Source of the DNA: Barthelona sp. PCE
Taxonomy: Eukaryota
NCBI GenBank assembly: GCA_040285745.1
Contig: JAUFOR010000006.1
Coordinates: 496,001-560,000, forward strand
Reading direction: 5' to 3'
DNA length: 64,000 nucleotides
Part shown: piece by piece, positions 31,168 through 41,053 of the stretch
Layout: each line of letters opens with the position of its first letter
How positions within the stretch are numbered: position 1 is the stretch's first letter
Position numbers and translations under genes: made by a program
The notes under the pieces: model-generated
Database searches by the model: none
Told to the model about the DNA's origin: nothing
What the model saw: only the letters and a program-made list of their open reading frames with translations

Positions 31168-32760
31168 TCATTTCGCAAAGATGGCATACAGGCCGAGGAC
31201 CGAGAACGAGACGCCGGCGACGAGCATCATCCACGCGTACTTGCGGTGCTCGCGGTACCTGAGGCGCGTCGTGCGGCCCGGCCTTGTCAGCGACAGGAAC
31301 GACAGCGATGGCATCATGAAGACGACAAACGTCGACACAGTCGCGCCCGCGAACTGCAGGATGATTCCCAGGTCGGTTATTAGGAACGTCATACCGTAGC
31401 ACATCGCGACGACGACAACGATAAGCAGCTTGTACTTCTTCGTGTTGAAGATTCCCATGAAGATCGTCCTCGCGGCGTAGCAGATGATGGGGAACGACAG
31501 GCAAACGACGACAGACATGAAGAACTTGGCGAGGTAGACGGTGACGTGTGTCGGGTCGTAGTTGAGCAGCAGGTTTGGCTGGCATCCTGTTCCGAAGTGG
31601 AAGTATGCAAACATGCCGATTACGACGTAGAAGATGCCGTCGATTGAGATGGCGCGCTTGACGACCTTCTTCATCTTTGGCGTGGAGCGATGGTGCAGCT
31701 CCTCGTACATTTTGGGAATGTTCAGGTGCGCGCTGAAGATGAGAAGTAGGATCGACAGCCCGCTGATTGCGTGCTTGAAGCTGCGCGGGGCGATCAGGCT
31801 GAACGTATCGAGCCCGGGAAACCCGGAGTCAAGGCTTCGGAATATGATGATGAACGCGCATGCAATGACACCGACGATCGCGATCGAAGATGCGGTAGCC
31901 AGCGACTTGAGCGAGCGCAGCAATGACAGCGGGAGGAGGATTGTGATGACGATGACTCCCAACAAAAAGTTGCCTGACGAGTACCAGCCGGGTTCGACGA
32001 AGATCTCTACGAGTGGCGTGAAGTAGTCCTTGATGATGATCATGTACGCCGTCAGAAAGCACAGACAGAGCAGCGAGATGAAGAAGTCGACAACGCCGAG
32101 GACATAGCGCGGGAACGCCGCGACGAGGATATCCTTCCACGTGAACTTCTTACACATGTTGCAGCAGTGCGTGATCAGGATCATCGAGTAACCGGACATG
32201 ATGCCCAGGGCGATGACTGCGATGATTGTTGGGATGAACGACAGCAGCGAGAAGGCGTACGAGACCGAGAGGACGCCGGTGCCGACGAGGTTGTTCATGA
32301 GGTTGATTGTCTGGGCACGGACGGTCGTCGTGTGCTCGGCCGAGAACGACGGGGCTGCCATAGACACGCCGCGGATGCGGTGGACCTGGCTCCTGCCTGC
32401 GTCGTTGACATCCTCGTCGAGGTCGATCTGGATGAAGGAGCCCAGGCTGCCTGTCTTGGGGAAGAAGAAGGATGACGCCGACCTGAGGAAGCTGCCGGTG
32501 AACGACATGCGGCCCTCGTCCTTCTTCTCGACGTCCGACCCGTCTGTGTGCTCAGACTCGGTCTCAGACTCGGAAAGCCCGTTTGACTCGTCGTCTGTGG
32601 CTGGAACGATCAGCTTGACGGCGGTCTCGGCGTCTGACAGGATTTCTTCCGCCTGGATCTGCTGCTCGTCGGTCTCGAGCGGAGGTTCGTTGGTTGTGAT
32701 GCTCTCGAGGGTTCCCATCTCCTCCTCGACTGGGGACATGTGCGGTTCGATGTCGCTCAT
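31168..32760 (-). CDS. Amino acid transporter, AAAP/SLC38-like (Aa_trans) family, copy A (530 aa, intact)
   Basis: NLMNNLVGTGVLSVSYAF, ILLPLSLLRSLKSL, IFSAHLNIP, FPIICYAAR, GATVSTFVVFMMP; acidic N-terminal tail; start at MSDIEPHM. Confidence 0.92.
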   Translation of the reverse strand: MSDIEPHMSPVEEEMGTLESITTNEPPLETDEQQIQAEEILSDAETAVKLIVPATDDESNGLSESETESEHTDGSDVEKKDEGRMSFTGSFLRSASSFFFPKTGSLGSFIQIDLDEDVNDAGRSQVHRIRGVSMAAPSFSAEHTTTVRAQTINLMNNLVGTGVLSVSYAFSLLSFIPTIIAVIALGIMSGYSMILITHCCNMCKKFTWKDILVAAFPRYVLGVVDFFISLLCLCFLTAYMIIIKDYFTPLVEIFVEPGWYSSGNFLLGVIVITILLPLSLLRSLKSLATASSIAIVGVIACAFIIIFRSLDSGFPGLDTFSLIAPRSFKHAISGLSILLLIFSAHLNIPKMYEELHHRSTPKMKKVVKRAISIDGIFYVVIGMFAYFHFGTGCQPNLLLNYDPTHVTVYLAKFFMSVVVCLSFPIICYAARTIFMGIFNTKKYKLLIVVVVAMCYGMTFLITDLGIILQFAGATVSTFVVFMMPSLSFLSLTRPGRTTRLRYREHRKYAWMMLVAGVSFSVLGLYAIFAK

Positions 32761-33917
32761 TCGTGGGGTGCTTGTGATGCGCGAAAGTGGACGAAAAAGA
32801 GAGAATGCAGATTGTGGCGGGAGCTCCCAGCACGCGTCCAACGCACCTGTGTGGCGGGTGGGCCCATGCGCACTCCCCCCTGGGGCACCGGCGGGTCGCA
32901 CGGGGACGATTGCTGGGGGGAGATTCTATCAGATACAGGCCCAATCAAATCAACTCCCACCGCTCCGCTCCGCCCATAGCCGTCGCCCCTCGCCGTCGCA
33001 CCTGCCGCACAGCCGTGGAGCCCATGTAGTTCGTTGCGATGCCGTAAACCGCAATCAACATTCCAGCTGCATTCAAGCGCCCAGCCGCCCCCGTGGCCCG
33101 CCCGCAGCCACGCGCCCGCGCCCCAGGATGCGGGGGGACAAATGCGTCATTAAGTGCGATTCTCAATTAAGAGACGGAGGGGGTGCCTGCGCGGGTTCCA
33201 GCCCAGAAAGAACGCACCCTGTCAAGGCCGCCCACACCGGCGCAGCGCAGCGCTCCCACAAACCAACATTACTGTTTCCCGTTTTCTCACCCGTTTCGTA
33301 AGCAGCAACATGAGCAGAGTATCAATCAAGCCCGGCACACAGTACCCGGCCGCCACAGGCCTGTACGTCCTCGGCTCCGAACATGACGGCGCTCGCTCCT
33401 TCCTCGCCCTCAGCTGGTGCACTCGCTTCAGCAGCTCGCCCAAGAAGGCGCTGTGGGTCGCAGGCATCAACCGTCGCCACAACACGCTCGCAATGATCCG
33501 CGAGGTCGGTACCTTTTCTATGAGCATCGTCTCTCCCGACTGGGCTGACAAGGCCGACGCCATGGGCCTCAAGAGCTCCCGCGCCGTTGACAAGGCGTCG
33601 TTCGTGGACGGCATCGAGCACACAACGATGCTCAACATGCCTTTTCCCACAGAAGCTCGCGTCGTTATGGACTGCCGCCTGGTTGACATCAACGAGATTG
33701 AAGGCGTCCCGAACGCCATGGTCACGTTTGAGGTCGTTGGCGCCGAGGCCAAGGAGGAGTGCGTGCGGAACAGCGTATGCACACACGAGGCCGTCGATCC
33801 GCTCGTGTTCCTGATGGGCAACGACGGCAACGTGTACCACCGCCTCGACTTCTCGGAGGGCGGGTCGTACGTCGCCAATGCGTGGTCCGCTGGCCGTGCG
33901 ATCGTGCAGGCTGCTGA
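31175..33917. repeat. Inverted repeat arm A (2,743 bp, GC-rich)
   Basis: Reverse complement of 49641-52383. Translations are identical apart from four single-base indels seen by eye. Confidence 0.97.
32761..33309. promoter_or_regulatory. GC-rich bidirectional intergenic/promoter region between the transporter and flavoredoxin genes (copy B at 50249-50796)
   Basis: Lies between two divergent ATGs; up to ~78% GC in a sampled 60-mer; pyrimidine-rich tracts precede both ATGs. Confidence 0.55.
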
Positions 33918-33927
33918 AGAAAAATGA
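33310..33927 (+). CDS. Flavoredoxin / flavin reductase-like FMN-binding split-barrel protein, copy A (205 aa)
   Basis: YP..LYVLGS, LSWC, HNTLAMIREVGTFSMSI, ADAMGLKSSRAVDK, VMDCRLV, VDPLVF and terminal ANAWSAGR resemble prokaryotic flavoredoxins. Confidence 0.85.
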   Translation: MSRVSIKPGTQYPAATGLYVLGSEHDGARSFLALSWCTRFSSSPKKALWVAGINRRHNTLAMIREVGTFSMSIVSPDWADKADAMGLKSSRAVDKASFVDGIEHTTMLNMPFPTEARVVMDCRLVDINEIEGVPNAMVTFEVVGAEAKEECVRNSVCTHEAVDPLVFLMGNDGNVYHRLDFSEGGSYVANAWSAGRAIVQAAEEK

Positions 33928-34010
33928 TGATATTCTTGTAAATTACGTTTGTAAGAGTTTGATTTAACAAGCCAATCATAGCTAAATGTTTTTTACAGAA
34001 AAATTATACA

Positions 34011-34487
34011 CTATTTAATAGAAGGCATTTCTAAACCTCGTTTCCTTCGCATTTCAATTAACTTTTGATACTCTTGAGGAGTTAATTTAATACGAACGTT
34101 GCTTGCTGTTATAAGTTTCCTATTGGAATGTGTGGGAGAATCTTGATTGATTGGCATATCTAAAATCTTCTTGATTTGTGGGAGTTTACGTGGTGATGCA
34201 GACATCACCTTTGACGCGCTGATGTGGTTAATTAAGGCACTCATGGATCGATGAATAATGCATCTTATTTTTGAAAATTCGCAGATTAGTGGTGATCCAC
34301 AGTTTTTATGCTCGAAATCTACAATCATTTCAGACAACCGTCTTACTTCTTTAAGTAATTCTTCGCATTTATCGATGTTCTCTGTTTTCTGATTCAATAA
34401 ATGCTCAACACAATTATCTACCTCAATAGTGAACGAAGCGGCCTTTTCCAATGATTCCTCGGTCGGTTCTAAACAAAAAAGGTCCAT
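34011..34487 (-). CDS. Hypothetical protein (158 aa)
   Basis: ORF with plausible composition filling an otherwise empty slot; start set at MDLFCLEP. Confidence 0.6.
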   Translation of the reverse strand: MDLFCLEPTEESLEKAASFTIEVDNCVEHLLNQKTENIDKCEELLKEVRRLSEMIVDFEHKNCGSPLICEFSKIRCIIHRSMSALINHISASKVMSASPRKLPQIKKILDMPINQDSPTHSNRKLITASNVRIKLTPQEYQKLIEMRRKRGLEMPSIK

Positions 34488-34885
34488 AACCGTTGTGCAA
34501 AAAATGTAAAAGATAAAGAAAAGGAAAACAGATATCTGTGTCACTTTTTGATGTTCTGTCGCTGTTTTAACGTGGACGCGTGCGTGTGCAAAATAATGTA
34601 AATAGAAAATGAAAGAGTTGACAGTGTAACAATTTCAACCATTACTCCAACGTTGAGTGCATGTTGATGGCAAGGTAAAGTTATTAACGCTTAAAAAAGC
34701 ATTTTATTTACAATTCTTACCAGTTTATGCAGGTATATTTTCTTATTCTTTAACACGGATATAAGTGAAACCAGATCATAATGAACACCATATAGCTCAA
34801 AATTAACATATTATACTTATTGGACTATTTGTGTGGGTTGTTTTTTCTTTATTCCACCTTTTCACATTTCATAGCACCAATAATT

Positions 34886-35818
34886 ATGTCAGACGGTGTA
34901 GCTGCATGTTTTGGTAAAGTTGAGAATCGTCAATTGATACCAACCGAAGAGGGAGTGTTAAGGGTTTCTACAAGCTATAAACTGCTTCGACTCATTTTTG
35001 AGGTTAAGAAAGAGATTCTATTTGAGAAGACAATCCTCTTACCCTCCAGCATTTTGATAAAATCTATTTCTAAACGTTCAGATTCTGGTTCTCCACAGAT
35101 TTACAGGTTTATTTTTGATAATGGAACGGAATTTGAGGACAGTGCCTACTTTTTCTTCACAACAACAAATTCAGCTGTTGATCAACAATTTTTTACATAT
35201 TTGCAACAAAAAACAGCTTTAGAAACAAAATATTATTATAATGAAACATATTTTGGGCATGGTGACAGATCTATCTTTCATAAAATTAATCGACGCAGAA
35301 TATTAGGTGTACCTATGAATATTGATGATGAAGAATTTGCGGAACATTTACGAGCACTGGTAGATATGGGCGGCAGAAGACGTTCCAGACAGGAAGTTGA
35401 CTATCCACCTCAAGATATGAACTTCTCAAACTTTTTATTGGGTGTTGTTGAACATTTGCAATCGAATAATGTGAATATTACAGAGGAAGAAAATGGTAAT
35501 TTGAGAGCAATGCTTCCTGCAACTGTTGCAGGCTCACCAGATAGATTAGATAGTACATTTAATAGCCCTTCTTTTAGAGATTTTCTGCAAATATTTAATG
35601 AAACTTTAGAATCAGGACAATTAGGTTATTATTCCGGTGAATTTGGCTTTCCTAATCATACTCTTGATAATTCCCAATCACTTATGAATCACTTAGTAAG
35701 AGAGCAACCAAATTTTCAGAATCAAAGGAGACGTGCAAGAGATGATGAAAATGAAGAAGAATATGATGAAGAGAATGACATTGTTTTGCCACCTCATCCA
35801 GCATGTGATATGCAATAG
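34886..35818 (+). CDS. RPN13: Proteasome ubiquitin receptor Rpn13/ADRM1-like
   Basis: N-terminal Pru-like strands (GKVENRQLIP..EGVLRV, YFFF) and C-terminal DEUBAD-like LP......TFNSPSFRDFLQIFNETLESGQLG....FGF. Confidence 0.75.
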   Translation: MSDGVAACFGKVENRQLIPTEEGVLRVSTSYKLLRLIFEVKKEILFEKTILLPSSILIKSISKRSDSGSPQIYRFIFDNGTEFEDSAYFFFTTTNSAVDQQFFTYLQQKTALETKYYYNETYFGHGDRSIFHKINRRRILGVPMNIDDEEFAEHLRALVDMGGRRRSRQEVDYPPQDMNFSNFLLGVVEHLQSNNVNITEEENGNLRAMLPATVAGSPDRLDSTFNSPSFRDFLQIFNETLESGQLGYYSGEFGFPNHTLDNSQSLMNHLVREQPNFQNQRRRARDDENEEEYDEENDIVLPPHPACDMQ

Positions 35819-35860
35819 TTCAAAAAATTTGTTATAGTAAAACTCACCTTCACATATCCA

Positions 35861-38044
35861 ATGCTTTCGACTCAGCTGGATTTTGAGGATGAGAATGAAC
35901 TTCGCACTATTTCAACCACGCAAATGGTGAATGTAGAAGAGGAACCGCAAGAAGAACAAAGGATGAGTTTTGCGGAACGATATGGGGAGTTATTTAAGAA
36001 GTATTCAGAGAGCGCAGACATCTTCGGTATCGACATTACTGGTATTTTGGAGACCTTTAGGAACCAAGCTGAAGAAATTAATGCAGAATTGAACTACTTT
36101 GTTCGCGCCGCCTGGATCATTGAAAGCTCAGCGTTCCAGTATGCAAGGAAGGTGGAAACGCTTTCTAAACGTGTTAACAAACTTCAAACTCAGTTATATG
36201 GTGTTTTCACAGATTCGTCACTTAATGAGGAAGAAACAAAGGAAAATGGTGGCAAAAAGGGAAAAAGGCGAAACAAAGACGGTTTTTGTAAGGGTAACCA
36301 CAGTGAAATTAATCTTAAGAAATCTCCATTATCTGTGTTTAATGATATTACCAAAAAGCGTGTACCATTCCTCATTCGTTCATCAGCAAATGTAAGTACC
36401 CAGACTCATAGGCAGAAGCTGCTTAACTGTGATCTTTTGAGAGCAGATTTTGTTGAGACAGGTGTGCTGGACATTATCAAGCATTATAGTTTCAGTACAT
36501 CTATAGATCCAGTGCTATTGAACCCCCAAATACCAGAGAGTACAAAAACAGAAAAAAGTTTGGAAGAAATCCAAAGTGAAGAAACAGTTGATATTGAACA
36601 AATGGCTATTCGTTCCAGTTCATTCATTGATTATAAAACCCCTGTTAGGGGAGTCGCTACACCCAGGGCCCCATTGACAGAACGCACACCTGGCGGCCCA
36701 GCTGGATTGTTTGAAGTAGAGAATTATGTTGCTTCTGAAGCTGTTGCTTCTGAAGCTGTTGAATCTGAAGATTCTGTTCAGCCTGTTGATGATGATGTTA
36801 TACCTGATATTCCAGATTTTGACATAATGGATAGCATTGATGTGGACCCTGATAATTCAACACCTTTATTAATGACGCCTGTTCCAGTTGTTGAAAAACC
36901 TAAACCTACTCGAGTGTTGCCCCAGAAAATGAGGGATGATGCAAGAGAATCGCAGGAAAAAGCTTTTGCTTTGTATGAACCGCATGTTGTACAAAAATCA
37001 AAACCATTTGTGCTTGGAAACATTCCAGAGAAGCCTGATTTCCTTAAACATATTCAACAAGAGAAGCGAAAGACTAAGGATATTCAAAAATTACTTACAA
37101 ACGTTAAGCGTTCAACATTGTTTAACGTTGAGTTAGAACCGTTCTTCAGGAAGATACAGAAACGTCAGAGAAAGGAAAAAGCAGCTTTTAGACGGAAGAA
37201 GATGAAAGAAGAACGTGACAGAGTTGCAGAAAGTGGTGAAGATGATGTTGAAGCTGTTGAAGTGCCAGCTGTTTCTCTCACATCAATTTTTGCAAATGTC
37301 ACACCTGGTAACATACCAAAGAAGGCCAGTTTGGTGTCTGATTTGACAGAAGAACCTTCTAACGAGTTCTTTAATATTGATGACGATGATACATTGTCGT
37401 ACAATAAGAACGATGCTGAAAGGACGCCCATGCCCCGTATACGTCTAGATCTTACAGCTGAAACAGAGGAAACTCCCATGAAACAAGATAGCAGAATGCG
37501 TGAGTATTATGTTAAGTTGATGGAAGCACGTGCTGAGCAAATTTCACGTCAAAAACGTGTCAGATGGCAAGAACGTGTCGATACTTGGCGCAATAAGCTG
37601 GAGTTGAGGATGGAGAAGGAAAAACGTCGACGCCACTTTGACATTACTCAATACAGAACAGAGATCGCACAAGACATTGCTATCAAACTTGAACATAAAC
37701 AGGAAGCTGAAAAGACTGTTAATGAGGAAAGAGATGTAGAGAGTGAGAATATTGATAGTGAAGAAGAAAATTATAACCCACTTGCTGAAATGGAAGGTTT
37801 TGAAGAATATTCATCTTCACGTAAGGATAAAAGGGAGAGATTTGTTGTCAATAACACAATTTCATTGCAGAATGTTTTTGAAGACAAGTCACGAGAAGAT
37901 ATCTCAAGAAATTTCTTAACAATGCTGCAGTTGTGCAATGAAGGGCGCATATCTATGGATGAAGATGATGTGGTCGTGCTTGAAAATACAGATAAGCTTA
38001 AAAACTTGGAACTATTGGATTTAGATTTGAGCGATGGCGAATAA
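35861..38044 (+). CDS. NCAPH2: Condensin II kleisin subunit CAP-H2
   Basis: N-terminal FVRAAWIIESSAFQYARKVETL and C-terminal W..R...W, FDITQY, ISRNFLTMLQLCNEGRI are kleisin-beta signatures. Confidence 0.85.
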   Translation: MLSTQLDFEDENELRTISTTQMVNVEEEPQEEQRMSFAERYGELFKKYSESADIFGIDITGILETFRNQAEEINAELNYFVRAAWIIESSAFQYARKVETLSKRVNKLQTQLYGVFTDSSLNEEETKENGGKKGKRRNKDGFCKGNHSEINLKKSPLSVFNDITKKRVPFLIRSSANVSTQTHRQKLLNCDLLRADFVETGVLDIIKHYSFSTSIDPVLLNPQIPESTKTEKSLEEIQSEETVDIEQMAIRSSSFIDYKTPVRGVATPRAPLTERTPGGPAGLFEVENYVASEAVASEAVESEDSVQPVDDDVIPDIPDFDIMDSIDVDPDNSTPLLMTPVPVVEKPKPTRVLPQKMRDDARESQEKAFALYEPHVVQKSKPFVLGNIPEKPDFLKHIQQEKRKTKDIQKLLTNVKRSTLFNVELEPFFRKIQKRQRKEKAAFRRKKMKEERDRVAESGEDDVEAVEVPAVSLTSIFANVTPGNIPKKASLVSDLTEEPSNEFFNIDDDDTLSYNKNDAERTPMPRIRLDLTAETEETPMKQDSRMREYYVKLMEARAEQISRQKRVRWQERVDTWRNKLELRMEKEKRRRHFDITQYRTEIAQDIAIKLEHKQEAEKTVNEERDVESENIDSEEENYNPLAEMEGFEEYSSSRKDKRERFVVNNTISLQNVFEDKSREDISRNFLTMLQLCNEGRISMDEDDVVVLENTDKLKNLELLDLDLSDGE
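36728..36772 (+). repeat. In-frame 15-bp tandem repeat (2 perfect + 1 degenerate unit) encoding VASEA-VASEA-VESED
   Basis: gttgcttctgaagct x2 then gttgaatctgaagat, inside the CAP-H2 linker. Confidence 0.85.
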
Positions 38045-38149
38045 ATTTTTATTATCAACTAGTTTCAAGGTTCATGAGCGTTTCCAACAGTACTAACAAA
38101 TTTCAAAATCCGAAAGGAACTGGTTTCAACTATTTCATTTTATTCCGGC

Positions 38150-39025
38150 ATGTTGTCTTCTTCGGACACTATTATGATGGTCGCGCTGACAGCGTGGAAC
38201 GTCTTATCACACATTTCCATTTCGTTTTTGTTGCTACCTAAACTCATTTCTAATGTTTTTCTACTTTTTCTTTTTGAGATAATTATGACTTTCTTTTGGG
38301 TAACAGGGACTGTATCTCATTGGAGATCCGCAAAAACGGATCCAGGAATTGTTCCTGTGGGATACAAACCTGAATTTGAACCAAATCGATTTGATAACGA
38401 AGATTTGGCTAAAGTAGCATCATTGTATCATCCCACATATTGTGATAAGTGTGATAGGTGGCGTCCTCCTCGCGCTCATCATTCACGTGATGCAAGAGCT
38501 TGTGTAATGAAATATGATCATTATTGTCCTTTTGTGGGAAATGTTGTTGGAGCAAAGAATGAAAAATATTTTCTGTTGTTCACATTTTATGCTATGGTTC
38601 ATCAAGTTGTAGGATTCTTTTTAAGTATATTTTATTTGATGATAACTGCTGAATCAAAAGCTAAAGATGATAGCAACTATATGGTTCTTGTTGCTTTTTC
38701 TTTGTGGATGTTTTTTATCTTTGGATTCAGTTCTGGTAGTATGTTTTTTAATCAAATGAGTTTAATAATTCGTAACATGTCGGGTGTTGATAGAGTTATT
38801 TTAAAAAAAGCTCTCAGATTAATTAGAAACGGTGAATTGTCCATTAAAGCGTTGTTAGAAGCAGAACCAAATATAGTACGTGTGGGTAATGATGAATTCA
38901 GACGTAATTTGAAGTATTATTTTGGTGAAGGTGGATTTTTTTCACATATTATTCCCAAAAAACGTCAGCATCGTGTTTTACCTCATTATTTGATTCATAA
39001 CGAGCCATTTTATGAGATGGTGTAA
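38150..39025 (+). CDS. DHHC-family palmitoyltransferase (DHYC variant)
   Basis: TDPGIVP, CDKCDRWRPPRAHH, CVMKYDHYCPFVGNVVG..NEKYFLLF; four TM helices. Confidence 0.92.
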   Translation: MLSSSDTIMMVALTAWNVLSHISISFLLLPKLISNVFLLFLFEIIMTFFWVTGTVSHWRSAKTDPGIVPVGYKPEFEPNRFDNEDLAKVASLYHPTYCDKCDRWRPPRAHHSRDARACVMKYDHYCPFVGNVVGAKNEKYFLLFTFYAMVHQVVGFFLSIFYLMITAESKAKDDSNYMVLVAFSLWMFFIFGFSSGSMFFNQMSLIIRNMSGVDRVILKKALRLIRNGELSIKALLEAEPNIVRVGNDEFRRNLKYYFGEGGFFSHIIPKKRQHRVLPHYLIHNEPFYEMV

Positions 39026-39046
39026 TCAAAACACACGTTTATTAAT

Positions 39047-41053
39047 TTATATACGCTCAAAAATTGAAAATAATTCTTTGTTGTTAGAGATTCTCTTTAT
39101 CACTTTTGAAACATTATGAACAGTAATCTTTGCTGTTTTCTTAATGAGCGGGAATACAATAGCCTGGATTTGAGGTAAAGTATACTGATATTCATACTTT
39201 GATTCGAAACTATATGGTAAAAAAAATTCAACCAATGTTTTAATTGATGTTTTCAATGCCAATAATTCAGATTCGAAGTTTGTGTCCAACAGCAGTTTAA
39301 ATATTAACTCAGGAAGAGCTAAATGATGTGGATCTACACAAGGAATTATTTGTGGAATACTAATTAACTTTTTTTCTTCTGGATCCATTGTAATACCTAA
39401 CAAAGTCTCAAAGAATCTATGCTGACGTTCCAAACGATCCATACCAATGTTTATAATATCTGTATCAATTTTTCCAAAACGATTCATACATGTTTCTTCT
39501 AAAGCTTCACGAATATCCAAATTTTTTTTGAAAATTAGCAATGGAAATGATGGAGCGAATCGTAAAATATGTTGGAACAAAGCCAAATTCAATAAATTTC
39601 TGAAAGAAGCTATGTATAAAGTATCATCACTTTGAAGAAATAAAAAATCTTCTTCAAACCCCAAGCAAGTTGAATTTTCAAGTATTTTATGGGTATTTTC
39701 ATCATCTTTATCAACAATTTGTTCCAATAATTCCTCAAAACTATCTCTACCTGCAAAACAAGTTTGCACATCTGAAAAATGCGGAATATTATTCACAAAA
39801 CTACTTCCAAATGAAATACGAGGTCCAGGAGCTATTTTCCTATCCTTTGGAACATATGTAACATAACTATCTAGAGTTTTTTGTTTATGGTCAACATGCA
39901 CATGACTATAATCTTCTCTTCCACTCGGTTTGTTCTTCTTTTGAGCTTTTTTCGGTGGTTCTGATAATGATACATGTTCATCTTTGTGCTTTCGGGCTGG
40001 AAAATAATTATCAATAGTCTTCTGAACATCTATATGTTGTGTTGCACTAACTTTTTCAATCATGCAATCAATACATGAAACTAAGTATTCATGCAGCTTC
40101 TTGACGATAAGGTGTTCAAATAAGAGCTGTACAAACAGCTTATTAGGATGAATATTAACATCAACCTCGTTACCCGGCACAGTTAATGAACAAAGCACAA
40201 TAGGAAGCTTATGTTTAATGAAAGTACTGTACAATGATTTAAAACACTCTGTAAATGCTGGGATATGCACTCTCCTTTTGTTAACAAATAAAGAAAGAGC
40301 TTTTATGCGAACTCCACCATATTTAAGACTAAATTGACGTTCATCTAATAGGGAATCTGGTGAACTTACAAAAACATTAGCTGTGAACTTTGGTGTTTCT
40401 GAATTTAACTCAAAGAATGGCAGATCAGACCCACAAATCTGAAAAATACGAAATTTTGCTTGAGATACACTTCTAAATACGCACACTGAGGAGCCATTGA
40501 TGATCAAACTATAAGATATCAGAGGGTTGTTGATAGAAAAATCACAAATACACTGTACTAAACTATTCTTATCATTTGTAACTCTATGCGAGAATAAACG
40601 ACCGAATAAATCATTAACACGAACAGTGGTGCCAGTTTCACGGATACAATCGCTATATTCAATGAGTTTTCCGTTCTTAAAAACACCTTCCCAACCTACA
40701 GATTCGTTTTTATGCTGTGATGATATGTAGACGTTACTCACGCAACTGATTGCGTAAAGAGCTTCCCCTCTGAAGCCAAAAGAATGGATATCATCAATAT
40801 CCTTAAAGTCAACAATCTTTGATGTCGCATGTCTTGCACAGACATTATCTTTATCATTTTTACGAATCCCTTCCCCATTATCCGTAATCTTAAAGTTGAT
40901 ACATGCAACTGAATCAAGCTCTACTACAATATTTGTGGCTTTAGCATCCATACTATTTTCAATAAGTTCTTTTATCGCAGATTTAGCTGAAGTTACAACC
41001 TCCCCAGCTGAAATAAGACCAATGACATCATCGCTTAATCGTTGAATAGACAT
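39047..41053 (-). CDS. MLH1: DNA mismatch repair protein MLH1
   Basis: GHKL ATPase motifs ISAGEVV, KELIENSMDA, DNGEGI, HATSKI, FGFRGEAL, VDVNIHPNK; ends LFSIFERI, equivalent to the MLH1 FERC terminus. Confidence 0.92.
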   Translation of the reverse strand: MSIQRLSDDVIGLISAGEVVTSAKSAIKELIENSMDAKATNIVVELDSVACINFKITDNGEGIRKNDKDNVCARHATSKIVDFKDIDDIHSFGFRGEALYAISCVSNVYISSQHKNESVGWEGVFKNGKLIEYSDCIRETGTTVRVNDLFGRLFSHRVTNDKNSLVQCICDFSINNPLISYSLIINGSSVCVFRSVSQAKFRIFQICGSDLPFFELNSETPKFTANVFVSSPDSLLDERQFSLKYGGVRIKALSLFVNKRRVHIPAFTECFKSLYSTFIKHKLPIVLCSLTVPGNEVDVNIHPNKLFVQLLFEHLIVKKLHEYLVSCIDCMIEKVSATQHIDVQKTIDNYFPARKHKDEHVSLSEPPKKAQKKNKPSGREDYSHVHVDHKQKTLDSYVTYVPKDRKIAPGPRISFGSSFVNNIPHFSDVQTCFAGRDSFEELLEQIVDKDDENTHKILENSTCLGFEEDFLFLQSDDTLYIASFRNLLNLALFQHILRFAPSFPLLIFKKNLDIREALEETCMNRFGKIDTDIINIGMDRLERQHRFFETLLGITMDPEEKKLISIPQIIPCVDPHHLALPELIFKLLLDTNFESELLALKTSIKTLVEFFLPYSFESKYEYQYTLPQIQAIVFPLIKKTAKITVHNVSKVIKRISNNKELFSIFERI

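Noticed and set aside
31175-33917. Bacterial contaminant sequence
   Set aside because: The transporter is a eukaryotic AAAP-type protein, and reading frames continue through the junctions into copy-specific stop codons at all four ends. Read-level confirmation is still needed.
31148-33979. Numerous overlapping alternative-frame and antisense ORFs in the GC-rich arms (e.g. 32198-33301, 33222-33878 and their arm-B mirrors)
   Set aside because: Expected from stop-codon scarcity at high GC3; no recognisable domains.
9854-41053. Functional cluster of chromosome-maintenance genes (PDS5, Hus1-like, CAP-H2, MLH1)
   Set aside because: They are interspersed with unrelated genes; co-occurrence is plausible by chance in a compact genome.
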